Virus record (IMG/VR): IMGVR_UViG_3300050505_000464
DNA from: a virus
Length of the DNA: 64,000 bases
Direction: 5' to 3' (one strand)
Shown: positions 48,589 to 58,582 of the stretch, piece after piece
Position numbering within the stretch: position 1 is the stretch's first letter
Layout of the letters: every line of letters starts with the position of its first letter
The notes under the pieces: generated by a model
What the model was told of the DNA's origin: nothing
Database searches by the model: none
What the model saw: the letters and a program-made list of their open reading frames with translations, nothing else
Position numbers and translations under genes: made by a program

Positions 48589-49536
48589 GGGTCGGCCTAC
48601 GCAGACCTGCCTGATTCGCACGCACGCCACGAACAGTCTGTGAGGACGAGCCTACCCGGGCGAGGGGATCCTTCGCAACTTTTCGGGGCGAGAGGTGGTG
48701 TCCTAGTTTGGAAAACCCAGGGGAAGAAGGTTCCCCTGGAAACTAGGCGTCCACAAATTCCGGGAACGAATATGCCGGATCGTCGTCTTCAAGGAACCAC
48801 TTGCCACGGATCGCGCGGCCACGCTCGCTGCGCTGCGTGGCCCGTCCGCTATAACGAACCAAGGTCCGTGGACCAAACCGTGAATCCACCCGCTCTAAGT
48901 AGGCTGAAGCGCCATCCTCTGGGGTCGTGCTCGCTAAAAGCGCCACAAATCCATCGATCGCCTCGGACGCCAGCCGCTTCGAATCTCGCGCCGCCGAGAA
49001 CTTGACGGAGCGAGCGATCATCCCATCGTTTCGATGGTAGTTATCCTTTGCCCAGCCGCGATAGGTGGTAGCCACAGGTCTCACCATAACGCTTCCCTAC
49101 CGATTTTTCCAATCTAGGGCATTACGTGCCGCCGCTTCTGGCCCAGCCCGGCCGATGATGCTGGCAGAAGCGGCTGCCTTTCGGCTTGTCGCACGCGCTC
49201 CCCGCTACCGGGCACTCCGCGGCCTGCACCCGAGCCATCCACAGCTCGAGGCCTTCTTTCGTGAGCTCCTGGCCCACGTGCGCCTCGTACTGCTCGAAGA
49301 GCTGAAGCTCCTCCTGCCAGAGGAAGGGCAGGCCGCGCCAGAGGGATGCGGCCAAGTCGGCGAGCTCTGGCTTCGAAAGTAGTCTCTCCATTCGGGTCCT
49401 TTGTTTCATGACGGACCGTTTCCGGCTGGGAAGGCGAAACCCACCGGACGTTACCTTGGACGCGGGATCTCCCAAAGGCGAGGCGCCGAGAATTCCTCGC
49501 CTCGCGCAACATACGGCACCCGAACGGAGAGATCTG

Positions 49537-52080
49537 TCATGCGCCGCTGACTTTCTTCTTCAGCTCATCGAAGAGGGCGCGGAGGTACTTCTTGCCGTCG
49601 CGGCGCAAGAAGGGCGAATCGGGGTGACCCGAGCGGGTGATGGCGAGGACCACGCGCTCGGCGTCCACCTTGCTCACGAGCTCGGTCACGGCTTCGACGC
49701 CAAACTGGGCCAGCATCTGCTCGGCGAGGAGACCGCTCGGCACGGAGGCCGCGTACTGCGGCAGGAGCATTTGCTCGGCCTGCAGGATCTGTTGATCTTC
49801 GGCGAGCACCTGCTGATCGACGGGCGGCGCGGGCGGCGCGATCGATGCCGGAGGCGGTATGCTCGGCGCGGGCGGCGGCGCCGATTGCATCATGGGCTGG
49901 GGCTGCGGCATCACGGAAGCCAGCGGCTGCATCTGTTGCGGCTGATGCGGCTGAGTCGTCGGCATGGGCGGCGCCGAGAAGGCTTCCGGCGAGTGATCGA
50001 TCTGCACGACCGGCACCGGCTGGAAATGCGGCTGGGGCGGGAGCGTGTAGGGATCCATGCCCGGCTGCACGACGGGCGCCGAGCTCACTTCCGACATGTG
50101 GCGCGGGACGTAGCCCGAGCCGAGCTGAGGCGCCGCGCGGCGGCGCGCGTGCGAGGGCGGCAGCGCGCGATCGGCGCTGAATTGTCCCGCCTGCTCGACC
50201 ATCTCGGCGCGGCCCGCTTGACGCGCAGCCTGGAGCTCGTGCGCGCTCCGGGTCTTAAACATCTCGCTCGCGCTCTGCACGATACCGGGCAAGTTTTGCA
50301 CGAGGCCCGCGCCCATCTGCATCAGCATCTGCGGCACGGACTGCGGCTCGGCGCCGGCTTGATCGGCGGGCACCATGCCGAGGGCTTCGGCCTGCTCTTT
50401 GATCTTCTCGATGCGACCGAGCGGGTCTTTGTTTTCCTCGGCTTCTTTCTTGTAGCGCTCGACATCCTGCGCTGTCCGCTTGACCTCCGATTTTTGCGTC
50501 TCGAGCCGCATGTCGTACGTGTTCTTGAGGGAGTCCATGGCCATCTGGTGCTGGGCCTTGAGGCTCTCCACGTCGCGCTGATGATTGCGCGCTTCGGAGG
50601 CCATGGCGTCGGTGTGAATGCGGTGCATGTCGCTCACGCGCCGCTCGCCGTCTTCTTTGGCGCGGGCGACCTCGCGGTCGGTGCGCTCACGCAGATCGCG
50701 CTCGAGGTTCTCGAAGCGCTTTTCGACTTCGCGAATACGCTCGATCGAACGCAGCTGCTCATCCTTGATGCGCTGATCGGCGCGCGCCTCCGCATCGCGG
50801 ATGAGGGCGGCCGCGCGTGCGGCGTCGTCGCGGGCTGCCGACTGCAGGCGCTCGATCTCGCGGGCGTGCTGCTCGCGGAGCGCGTCCGAGTTGTCGGGCT
50901 TACCGATGATGCCGGCGATTTTCGCAACGCGATCGAAGTCGTCCGGGGGCGGCTTCCGATTGGTCTCGAGCGCGCGAATGCGCTCCTCGAACGCCTCCTT
51001 GTCCGCCAAGCGCTGCTCGGCGATCTCGCGCTCGCGCTCCATCATCTGCTGGCGGAGATCGGCCTCGCGCTCCGTGAACTTCACCTGAGCGTCCATGAAC
51101 GCCTTCAGCATCGTGCTTTCGGCTGCGGACTTTTCCTTCAGCGCCTGCTCGGCCTTGCTCCGCTCGCGCTCTTCGCGCGTCTCTTGCCGGATCTCGCGGG
51201 CGGCCTCCACTCCGATGCGCTCTTTTTCGATGTTCGCGTCGGCCATGCTGGCCGGGCCGCGGCGAATGGGCAACGAGCCCTGGGGGAAACCTTGGGGGGC
51301 ACCTTGAGTCATGGCGTCGTCTCCATCGTACACTTCGCTTTCAAAACTGGGAATCCCTGGAAAGGTGACGGTGATGGCTTCAGTGAGCGCCTTGGGCTGC
51401 ACGCGGCCGTCCTGCGCCATGTTAACCGCCGCGCGCTTGCTCGGCCCGTACACGATGAGCTTGTAGGTGCCGCCCCCATACCAGAACTGCCACTCCGGCA
51501 GTGAGATCGGCTGGGTGATCGGGCGCAGCATGCCGTCCACCTTGCGCCCCGCATAGGTCTTCGGCAGCTTTCGCTCGACGTAGATCCACCAGTTCACGCC
51601 GTCGAGCTGCGGGAAGAGGCTGAAGAGATCAAAGACCGTCTGCGGCGCAGATTTGCCGGCGAGGAAATCCGGCGCATCATCGAGCCCGACGATCGGGCTC
51701 ATCGTCATCGTCTCTTCGCGCTTCTCGGCGTCGGGCTCCGGGTGCGGTACGATGGCCGCCCCGTCGCTGAAGAGCTCCATCCGATCGGCGATGGCCTGCG
51801 TGTGGGAGGGCACGCGGGGCTCGCTATCGACCTCTTGAATCGCGCGCAGGAGCTCGGCGTGGTCTTCGATGACCCGCGCCTCTGCCGGATCGAGGTGTTT
51901 GCGCGCGATGTCTTCGAGCGTGAGCTTCCGCTCCTCCGCTGGCTCGCCGGGCACGCGCACCACGCGGGTGAGCCGCTGCCCACTGGCTTCGATCTGATCG
52001 GACAGATCGGGGACGAGCCGCTTTCGAGATTTTTTCTCGGGAGCGGCGGCGTCGGGATTCGAAGCAGTGGGCGGGGGCAT
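49537..52080 (-). CDS. Large coiled-coil protein with globular N-domain and Pro/Gln-rich C-region (847 aa)
   Basis: WYGGGTYKLIVYGP domain; about 300-aa E/R/K heptad region; amphipathic MLMQMGAGLVQNL; PQ-rich linker. Confidence 0.7.
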   Translation of the reverse strand: MPPPTASNPDAAAPEKKSRKRLVPDLSDQIEASGQRLTRVVRVPGEPAEERKLTLEDIARKHLDPAEARVIEDHAELLRAIQEVDSEPRVPSHTQAIADRMELFSDGAAIVPHPEPDAEKREETMTMSPIVGLDDAPDFLAGKSAPQTVFDLFSLFPQLDGVNWWIYVERKLPKTYAGRKVDGMLRPITQPISLPEWQFWYGGGTYKLIVYGPSKRAAVNMAQDGRVQPKALTEAITVTFPGIPSFESEVYDGDDAMTQGAPQGFPQGSLPIRRGPASMADANIEKERIGVEAAREIRQETREERERSKAEQALKEKSAAESTMLKAFMDAQVKFTEREADLRQQMMEREREIAEQRLADKEAFEERIRALETNRKPPPDDFDRVAKIAGIIGKPDNSDALREQHAREIERLQSAARDDAARAAALIRDAEARADQRIKDEQLRSIERIREVEKRFENLERDLRERTDREVARAKEDGERRVSDMHRIHTDAMASEARNHQRDVESLKAQHQMAMDSLKNTYDMRLETQKSEVKRTAQDVERYKKEAEENKDPLGRIEKIKEQAEALGMVPADQAGAEPQSVPQMLMQMGAGLVQNLPGIVQSASEMFKTRSAHELQAARQAGRAEMVEQAGQFSADRALPPSHARRRAAPQLGSGYVPRHMSEVSSAPVVQPGMDPYTLPPQPHFQPVPVVQIDHSPEAFSAPPMPTTQPHQPQQMQPLASVMPQPQPMMQSAPPPAPSIPPPASIAPPAPPVDQQVLAEDQQILQAEQMLLPQYAASVPSGLLAEQMLAQFGVEAVTELVSKVDAERVVLAITRSGHPDSPFLRRDGKKYLRALFDELKKKVSGA

Positions 52081-54205
52081 CAGTTGTTCTCGGTCTCAGC
52101 CTCTTCGTCGGTCTCGTCGTCCTCGTCTTCGCCCGTGTCGGTCGCCTCGTCGATGAAGGCCACCGCTTCGGCCGCGCGCACCTTGAGCGCCGCGAGGGCT
52201 TCGTCATTCGGGTCGGTCGGCTCACGCAGGTTTTGCACGAGCGATAGAATCGTGCTCTTCAGCCGCATCGCGTCCTCGGGCAAAATCGTCGTGGCGCTGA
52301 GGCCCTCTTTCAAGGCGTCGATGTCTTCGTCGACCTCGGCCGCCCATTCGAGGTTTTCGAAGGTTGCCTGGAAGAGCAGGCCAGCGAGATCGGCCTGCAG
52401 GGAGACCATCTCCTTCAGCTCGGCGGCGAGCCCTGCCAGGTCGAGCGTGCCCGCGGCGATCTTCTTCGTGAAGGAGTCGTAGGCGCTCTTCGTGTCGTCT
52501 CTCAGGAGCTGAATGCTCTTCAGCACGTCGTCGTTTTCGGCGGGAGCCGGGACTGCTTTGATTGCGGGCATGGAGATCGCTTTCTTTTTTTGAGGGTTAC
52601 TTGCTACCGAGCACGCCGAGGCCTTCTTCAGCGGCGAGTTCGGCATCGACATCGAAGCTACCGGCCTTCACGCGCTCGAGGGACTGTTGCATGCTGAGCG
52701 CGTCGAAGTCTTCCAAGATCTGCTCGCTCTCGAGATGGCGCGGCGAGCGCAAGCTGCAGGCGTAGATCGCCGCGTCACCGACGGAGACGTACTCGCCCGT
52801 CTCGGAGCGCTGCGCCATGCATGCGCGCGTCAGGTAACGCCGCTCGCGGTCGGCCGAGATGTCAGTCTGCACGCGTAGGTAGTGCTCGCAGATTGGGCGG
52901 ATGGGCTCGACGAGGATCACGTCTCGGAGATAGGGCTTGTAAATCAGTAGCGACGGGGTTGGCGAGGGAAGCTGCGTTTTCGTCAGGCGATCACCAAAGC
53001 TATCCAGCACCGATTTTTCCGTCGCGATGGTCGCCTCTCGCCCCTGCATCAGGGCAATCTCGATGAAATACTGCCCGTTCGGCAGGCGACCCACTTGCTC
53101 CGGCTCGAAGCTCGCCCACACCGATCCGTCGGAATTCCGGAGCACGAAGGAGCGCCGGTCCTCCATGCACACGAGCGTGTCGACCGCGAGCGGCGGGGGC
53201 CGATCCTGATTGTCCGGCACCACCTGCACCGGCAGGCGATCCGTCGGATCGATGCCAAACGTCACCGGCACTTCCGCGCCTTGATGGATCTCGTCGCCCA
53301 TCCTCGGCCGCGTAAATTTCTCGAAGGAGTCGGTCATTTTTGTTCCTGGGCGGACATTGTTTGGCCTTGACTGAGCCGTTGCGCCACCGCCGTGCCGCCG
53401 GTGCGCTCCAACACCGGCTCGATGTGCCTGGAGCGGTATAGTTCTTGCGTCTCTCGAATGATGGGGGGGAGTATCACCGACCTACCCGCCTCTTTGAGTT
53501 TCCGCTCCAGGTGCCCGATAGCATCCATCATCACGGCCTGGGCGTTGCCATGGGCGATCGATTGCTCGTCGTAGAGTCGGTTCCAGGAGTTGCGCTCCTC
53601 GAGCACGCCAGCGATGGTGTCCCGGTATTCATTGGCCCGCCGCTCCCAGTCCTGGGCCTGAAAGCGAGCCTGGGCGATCTCATCGGCCACCGCCTTTTTC
53701 GCCTGACGCTCGAATTCAGCGCGGGAGGCGTTCGAGGTATTGAGCGCGACGGTGAGCTCGGTTACCAGATCCCCCGAGGCCTCGGCCGCCTTGCAAGCGC
53801 GCTCTAGAACACGGAGCAGCGGTCTCCGGCTCAACCAAAAAGTCAGCGGGATCCCCGCAAAAATCAGGATATTCAGCGCCGTCAGCAGGACTACAAGCAT
53901 GATCCGTCTGGCCTTTCCTACGTTTCACATGAAAAAGAAAAGTGTTCAGTATGTTTTGTCGGCTAATCGAGCGGTTTTCCTGCCAGCGCCTTGTTCTCTT
54001 GCCGCAAGATCCCCTGGCAGTGATCCTCGAGACCGTTCCAGTCGGGTGGGATCACAATGGCCACGACGTTCTGACCTTCGAAGCGGGCCACGGTGAAGAC
54101 CGGGATCGAGTCTACATCCTCTGCCGAGACCATCACCACGTCGCAGCCCGTCTCGAGCGCGACGCGGGCGGCTTGCCGGAAGCTGGCCTCCTCCTCGGCG
54201 GTCAT
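52080..54205 (-). other. Hypothetical ORFs 52080-52571 (acidic helical), 52597-53337 (Cys/His), 53334-53900 (N-terminal TM plus coiled coil), 53963-54205
   Basis: Co-oriented ORFs, several with overlapping stop/start codons. Confidence 0.6.
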
Positions 54206-54744
54206 AGCGCCCGCCCCGCTTGCGCGCGGGCGCCGCCGGCCAGGCTGACGGCCACCGCGAGCACGATCTTGCGGTCGTCGGTGTCGAGCCGCTCATCAAT
54301 CGTCCGGTTCGCCACCCGGAACCAACTCTCCCGGGGGCTCGGTTCGAGGATTTCTTGCATCTCGGGCTCGGTCAGATCTTCGGCCGGCGCGCCAAACTGG
54401 CCCGCCAGGGCGCGCAGCATCACCCGCACGGCCATCACATGCTCGGTCGGCTCCTTCGGGTTACAGGCCGGGCCAATGACGAGCAGCCCGCGGGGGCGCG
54501 CGATGCGGTGGCCAACAGGGACCAGGGCGCGCTCCAGCACTACTTCCATGATCAGGTGATGGACATACGCTTTTTTTCCGAGCTCGACTAGACCCTTCAG
54601 AAAGCCGAGCTCATCGTCGCGCCCCGGAAGCTTCGGGCCGAGCAGCACGTCCTTGTCGATGACCGAGGGGCGCTCATTCGGACGGAATTCGGTCACCGAA
54701 TAGGTCAACGCCTTGAGTCCCGGGGCGACGCCGATCACAATCAT
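54202..54744 (-). CDS. RuvC-like fold protein, apparently catalytically degenerate
   Basis: MIVIGVAPGLKALTYSV matches the RuvC start ILGIDPG, but the first catalytic Asp is Ala; late LAVA helix present. Confidence 0.5.
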   Translation of the reverse strand: MIVIGVAPGLKALTYSVTEFRPNERPSVIDKDVLLGPKLPGRDDELGFLKGLVELGKKAYVHHLIMEVVLERALVPVGHRIARPRGLLVIGPACNPKEPTEHVMAVRVMLRALAGQFGAPAEDLTEPEMQEILEPSPRESWFRVANRTIDERLDTDDRKIVLAVAVSLAGGARAQAGRAL

Positions 54745-55287
54745 GGTCGGCGCAGACTCGCCCGGGTCATTCTGGGCGAGAAGCGTAGCCCTGACGCCCC
54801 ACAGGCGTCAACCGTGCAGTGTCGATTCAGCAGCCGGCGCGCGAGATACGGACAAGTGCATCGCTGCCATCTACCAATCCGTCGACCCGATCCTGCAGCC
54901 TTCTCTGAATGCCAGGACGCGGCACCTTTTTCCTCCGCTGATCCTTGTGCGCCTTGCACATCAGGCACCCCGCACGGGTAGACTTAGGACCCTTGCGCTT
55001 ATGGTGGGCCATTCAGTCCCTGGCTAATCATTCCGCTGGTCATCGTCAAGCCGCCCGAGCGGGCTTCGTGCACACCGAGCCCACGAAGCAGAGCCACCTG
55101 GAAAAGCGCGCGTCCCGCAGGCACGCTTCGCAGTAGTCGTGCTCGCAGCCACAGCCCGCTCGGGCGGACCGGAGCGCGCGGGCAGGATGGGGCACGAGGC
55201 AGCGGTAACAGCGAGCGACACCAGCGGGCATGCGTTCAGTGTGGATGGCGTCCGGGGTGCCGGCAAGCCCCGGGCGGCCAAACAATG

Positions 55288-55599
55288 TCACGGCGCTCCC
55301 TCATCCGGGCAAGCGTCTGCCGCTTCGCAGGTCTTCACGTGCGCCTGGCAGACGGGGTTTTCCGTGGCGTAGCCCGACGACTCGGTGTTTTCGCACACGG
55401 CCTCGCAGGAGGCGCCCTTCGGGGTGTCTTCGCCAGCGGGGCAATGAAGCTGGCGGAGGTTTTCGCACATCGCGCGGCAGTCGGCGGGGGTGCCCGCGCT
55501 GATCGCCGAGTCATGCGTGACGGCGGGCGGCGGCCAGGGCGCGGCTGGCGTGCAGCTCATGGCGACCAACAAAAAAACAAAGTGGATTTTCTGGATCAT
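55288..55599 (-). CDS. Cys-rich lipoprotein
   Basis: Signal peptide with lipobox-like VAMSC; eight further Cys (CRAMC, CEAVC). Confidence 0.65.
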   Translation of the reverse strand: MIQKIHFVFLLVAMSCTPAAPWPPPAVTHDSAISAGTPADCRAMCENLRQLHCPAGEDTPKGASCEAVCENTESSGYATENPVCQAHVKTCEAADACPDEGAP

Positions 55600-56372
55600 C
55601 GGGACGGTCCTACATCGAAGGCCAGGAAGGCGAGGCTTGAGCGCGTGTACCGCTCGGTGAAGCGACAGCGGCCGCCGTTGCGCCAGTTCTTGTCGTAGTG
55701 GTTGAGGAGACCGAAGGAGCCATTCGGGGCGAAGTCCTCGATCACCATGGCGTGATTGCCGACGATGTCTCGGTCGGGCTTGTCGATGAGCTCGGGCCCC
55801 GAATCGATCTGGAACATCTTATCCACCGACCAGGCCCCGATGACCGGGATCTTCTTGTCGATGGCGCGGCGCACGCCGTCGAGATCGCCCACGTCGATGC
55901 GGTAGTAGTCGCGCACCCCGCGCCGATCGTAGCCGTCGTGGAGCGCGGTCCCCGAGACGCGGGCGTTGACGCGCATCAGGTTGAAGGGCCATGCCTCCTC
56001 GGACGCAAAGCCGAAGCGCATGACGGCCGTGAGGAGTCCCTCGAAGCTCAGTCCCGCGTCCGTGTCTTCGAGGCCCATGCCCATCGCTGCGCGACCGAGC
56101 TTGTAGGGGTAGAGACCCGACAAGTCGGGGCACGCGATCCCGCGGGCGAGGCAAGCAATCCGAAAAGCCTGCGCGGCCGCCATGCCCACGCACGAATCCG
56201 TCGCGCTCTGCCACTTGGGGCCGACGAGCGCGCTCCGCACCGTGCCCGATGCAGGCAGCGCTGAAGAGGCGCCGATCAGCATCGAGAGCGGTTTCGTCGC
56301 GACGGGGAGTCGCGCGTGGATGAAGCCCGTGCCGCGTTTGTTTTGCGCGGCGTTGATGAGTGCTCGGATCAT
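55596..56372 (-). CDS. Papain-like cysteine peptidase (C1A-like)
   Basis: KWQSATDSCVG (Gln/Cys), GNHAMVI (His), LLNHY (Asn). Confidence 0.75.
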   Translation of the reverse strand: MIRALINAAQNKRGTGFIHARLPVATKPLSMLIGASSALPASGTVRSALVGPKWQSATDSCVGMAAAQAFRIACLARGIACPDLSGLYPYKLGRAAMGMGLEDTDAGLSFEGLLTAVMRFGFASEEAWPFNLMRVNARVSGTALHDGYDRRGVRDYYRIDVGDLDGVRRAIDKKIPVIGAWSVDKMFQIDSGPELIDKPDRDIVGNHAMVIEDFAPNGSFGLLNHYDKNWRNGGRCRFTERYTRSSLAFLAFDVGPSR

Positions 56373-56556
56373 GGGTCCTCGGTTTCGGTTTCTGCCAGGT
56401 ACGCGCGCAGATTCGCTGCTTCTTGTTTCAGCACGCTGAGCAGCGCCGAGACGATCTGCGAGCGTGCGAGATCCACGTGCTCACGTACGTCGCTCCCACG
56501 GTCTGCGATAATCGCGGCCTGGTCGAGCTGCCGCAGCGCCTCATTGAGATGGTCCC

Positions 56557-56973
56557 TCATTGTTCCGGACCCTTCCAGCCGTGAGCGCGCAGGATGCCTT
56601 CGGTGTCCGGAGGCTTCCAACCTTCGGGCTTCAAGATCTTGCCGTCGGGACGACGGATGACCTTGAGCGTGCCGTCGGGCTGTTCGACTGCCTTGGCTCG
56701 ATTGCTCTCCTGCACGGCGATCCACTCGGCCTCTATTGGGATCCCAAACTCGAGGCCAGCGCCGATGAGCACGTAGATGCTATCGACGATGCCGTTAGAT
56801 GTGCCGACCATGTCGCGGCGAGCGATGGCCGAGAGGAGCTCCTTCACGGCCTCTTCAACGATCAGATCGACTCGGAGATCGACGCGCTCATCGGCAGGCC
56901 ACTCGGGCACCGCCTTGATCGGGGTGTCGGTCATTTGGTGGAAGGTCGCGACATCGTTCACGAAGTGATACAT
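56557..56973 (-). CDS. MazG-like (PRA-PH/DR2231 type) nucleoside triphosphate pyrophosphohydrolase
   Basis: V..FH, LIVEEAVKEL, IVDSIYV..G, VQESNRAK and R.DGKILKPEGWKPP. Confidence 0.85.
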   Translation of the reverse strand: MYHFVNDVATFHQMTDTPIKAVPEWPADERVDLRVDLIVEEAVKELLSAIARRDMVGTSNGIVDSIYVLIGAGLEFGIPIEAEWIAVQESNRAKAVEQPDGTLKVIRRPDGKILKPEGWKPPDTEGILRAHGWKGPEQ

Positions 56974-56978
56974 GGTGA

Positions 56979-58244
56979 CTAGATTCCTTTCTGGATAGCG
57001 TGGTGGAGTACGTCGACGGCCAGGAGAAAGTCGTTCAGGTCCATGGCTTCTTGGGGGTTGTGAGATCCGTGCTCGTTGCGGATGAAGATCATGCCGGTCG
57101 GGATGCGGTTCTGCTGGAAGACGGCCGCGTCGTGGCCGGCACCCGACGGCATCACGTGCACGTCGACCCCATCCACTTGGCGGACCGCTTCCATTAGATC
57201 TTGCTGCACCTTCCGGTCGAGCACGACCGGATCCGTGCGCTGGCAGGATCCGAGCTCGATGCCGTACTTGGTCGCGTACACTTGGCACAGGTGCTGGATC
57301 TGATCGAGACCCTCTGAGGTGTTGCTCCTCACCTCGAGCGCAAACAATAGCTCGTCCGCGATGATGCTGACGGCGTTGCGGGAGGCGTTCGTGTGGGCGA
57401 CGCCGACCGTGACGAGCGCATCGTCGGCACGCCGATCATCGATGCACGACAAGAAGTGTGCAAACCGCATCACCGCGTCTTGCCGCGTCTCCATCGGAGT
57501 CGTGCCCGAATGGCCCGCTTCGCCTTGCGCGCGGGCATTGAGGTAGCGGGCGTTGCCGCGAATAGCAGAGACCACCGCGACCGGGATCCCCCGCTCCACG
57601 AGTTCGGGACCTTGCTCGATGTGCACTTCGTAGAAACGACCGATGGGATAGGGGAGCGGTTGTATCAGCTGAGCACGAAGGGCAGAGATATTGCCTCCCC
57701 GGGCTGAGATCTGTTCCGCCAAAGTGGACTGCCGGATCTCCCGAATAGCGCCCGGCGACCGCAGCTCGAGATCCAAGCATTCCGGCGGCAACTGACCAAA
57801 GAGAGCGAGGCTGCCGATGTAACATTTGCCAAACCAGGCGCTCTCCTCGCCGCGCAGCACCATCAGGTGGAGCGGCGGACCAGTATAGGTAGATCCCGCG
57901 AGCGTTTCTCCCAGTATGCGATCGATCGCGCACATCCCAGCCACGACGCCAGCGACGCCGTCGTAGCGTCCACCATTGGGCACCGAGTCGACATGAGACC
58001 CAAACGCAATCGCTTGGCCACGCCCATTCCCGCGCAGGATGCAGTGGAGGTTCCCGGCGTAGTCCCTCAGCACCGGGAGCGATCGGTCATGCGCCCAGAG
58101 GGCGACGATGTCGATGGCATCGCTTTCCTTCTGGCTATAGCTCGGGCGCGTGACGCCGGGAGGTGGATAGCGATCGTACGAGCACTTGCTGATGGTATCA
58201 AACCATCCCTCGGCCTGTGCTTTTTCTGCTTCGCGTGGGTTCAC
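56979..58244 (-). CDS. M20-family Zn amidohydrolase (allantoate amidohydrolase / N-carbamoyl-amino-acid hydrolase-like)
   Basis: GSHVDSVPNGGRYDGVAGV, GEES, EVHIEQGP, GHSGTTPM, SGAGHDA and SHNPQE all intact; start assigned at GTG overlapping the upstream stop. Confidence 0.92.
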   Translation of the reverse strand: MNPREAEKAQAEGWFDTISKCSYDRYPPPGVTRPSYSQKESDAIDIVALWAHDRSLPVLRDYAGNLHCILRGNGRGQAIAFGSHVDSVPNGGRYDGVAGVVAGMCAIDRILGETLAGSTYTGPPLHLMVLRGEESAWFGKCYIGSLALFGQLPPECLDLELRSPGAIREIRQSTLAEQISARGGNISALRAQLIQPLPYPIGRFYEVHIEQGPELVERGIPVAVVSAIRGNARYLNARAQGEAGHSGTTPMETRQDAVMRFAHFLSCIDDRRADDALVTVGVAHTNASRNAVSIIADELLFALEVRSNTSEGLDQIQHLCQVYATKYGIELGSCQRTDPVVLDRKVQQDLMEAVRQVDGVDVHVMPSGAGHDAAVFQQNRIPTGMIFIRNEHGSHNPQEAMDLNDFLLAVDVLHHAIQKGI

Positions 58245-58573
58245 GGCTTCACCATCCAGCCGACCAGAAATGTAAACCACGGAGCCGCCATCGCGGCAAT
58301 GACTGTCGCGACCACTTTCGTCGTTTCGGGCTGCTCCTTGTCAGGGTCAGTTTCCTTAGGGCAACTCGGTCGAATCAATTGAGCAGCTAGAATCGCTGCC
58401 GCAAACACCTTCCAACTGAGAGCCGTCATCCCGAGCGGCACGGCGTTCCATTGCCAAAGCTTGGACAGGATGTAGCCGCCTGAGAACACGTAATACGCGC
58501 CCAGGAGCAGCGCTCCGGAGCCGAGCAACGCGGCAAGCACTACCCCAAATATCGTATACAGAATGGTCTTCAT
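58241..58573 (-). CDS. Small multi-TM membrane protein
   Basis: Three hydrophobic segments. Confidence 0.55.
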   Translation of the reverse strand: MKTILYTIFGVVLAALLGSGALLLGAYYVFSGGYILSKLWQWNAVPLGMTALSWKVFAAAILAAQLIRPSCPKETDPDKEQPETTKVVATVIAAMAAPWFTFLVGWMVKP

Positions 58574-58582
58574 TTTTTCCTC

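Noticed and set aside
49408-51504. Long + strand ORFs opposite the minus arm (49408-51504, 43708-45120, 26492-27772, 34849-35985) and 9725-10804 (-) opposite the integrase
   Set aside because: They are antisense shadows of real genes in high-GC DNA, with no motifs and His/Arg/Leu-rich composition typical of reverse-frame reading.
55819-55827. DnaA-box-like TTATCCACC
   Set aside because: Single 8/9 match inside a coding sequence, with no cluster or AT-rich unwinding element.
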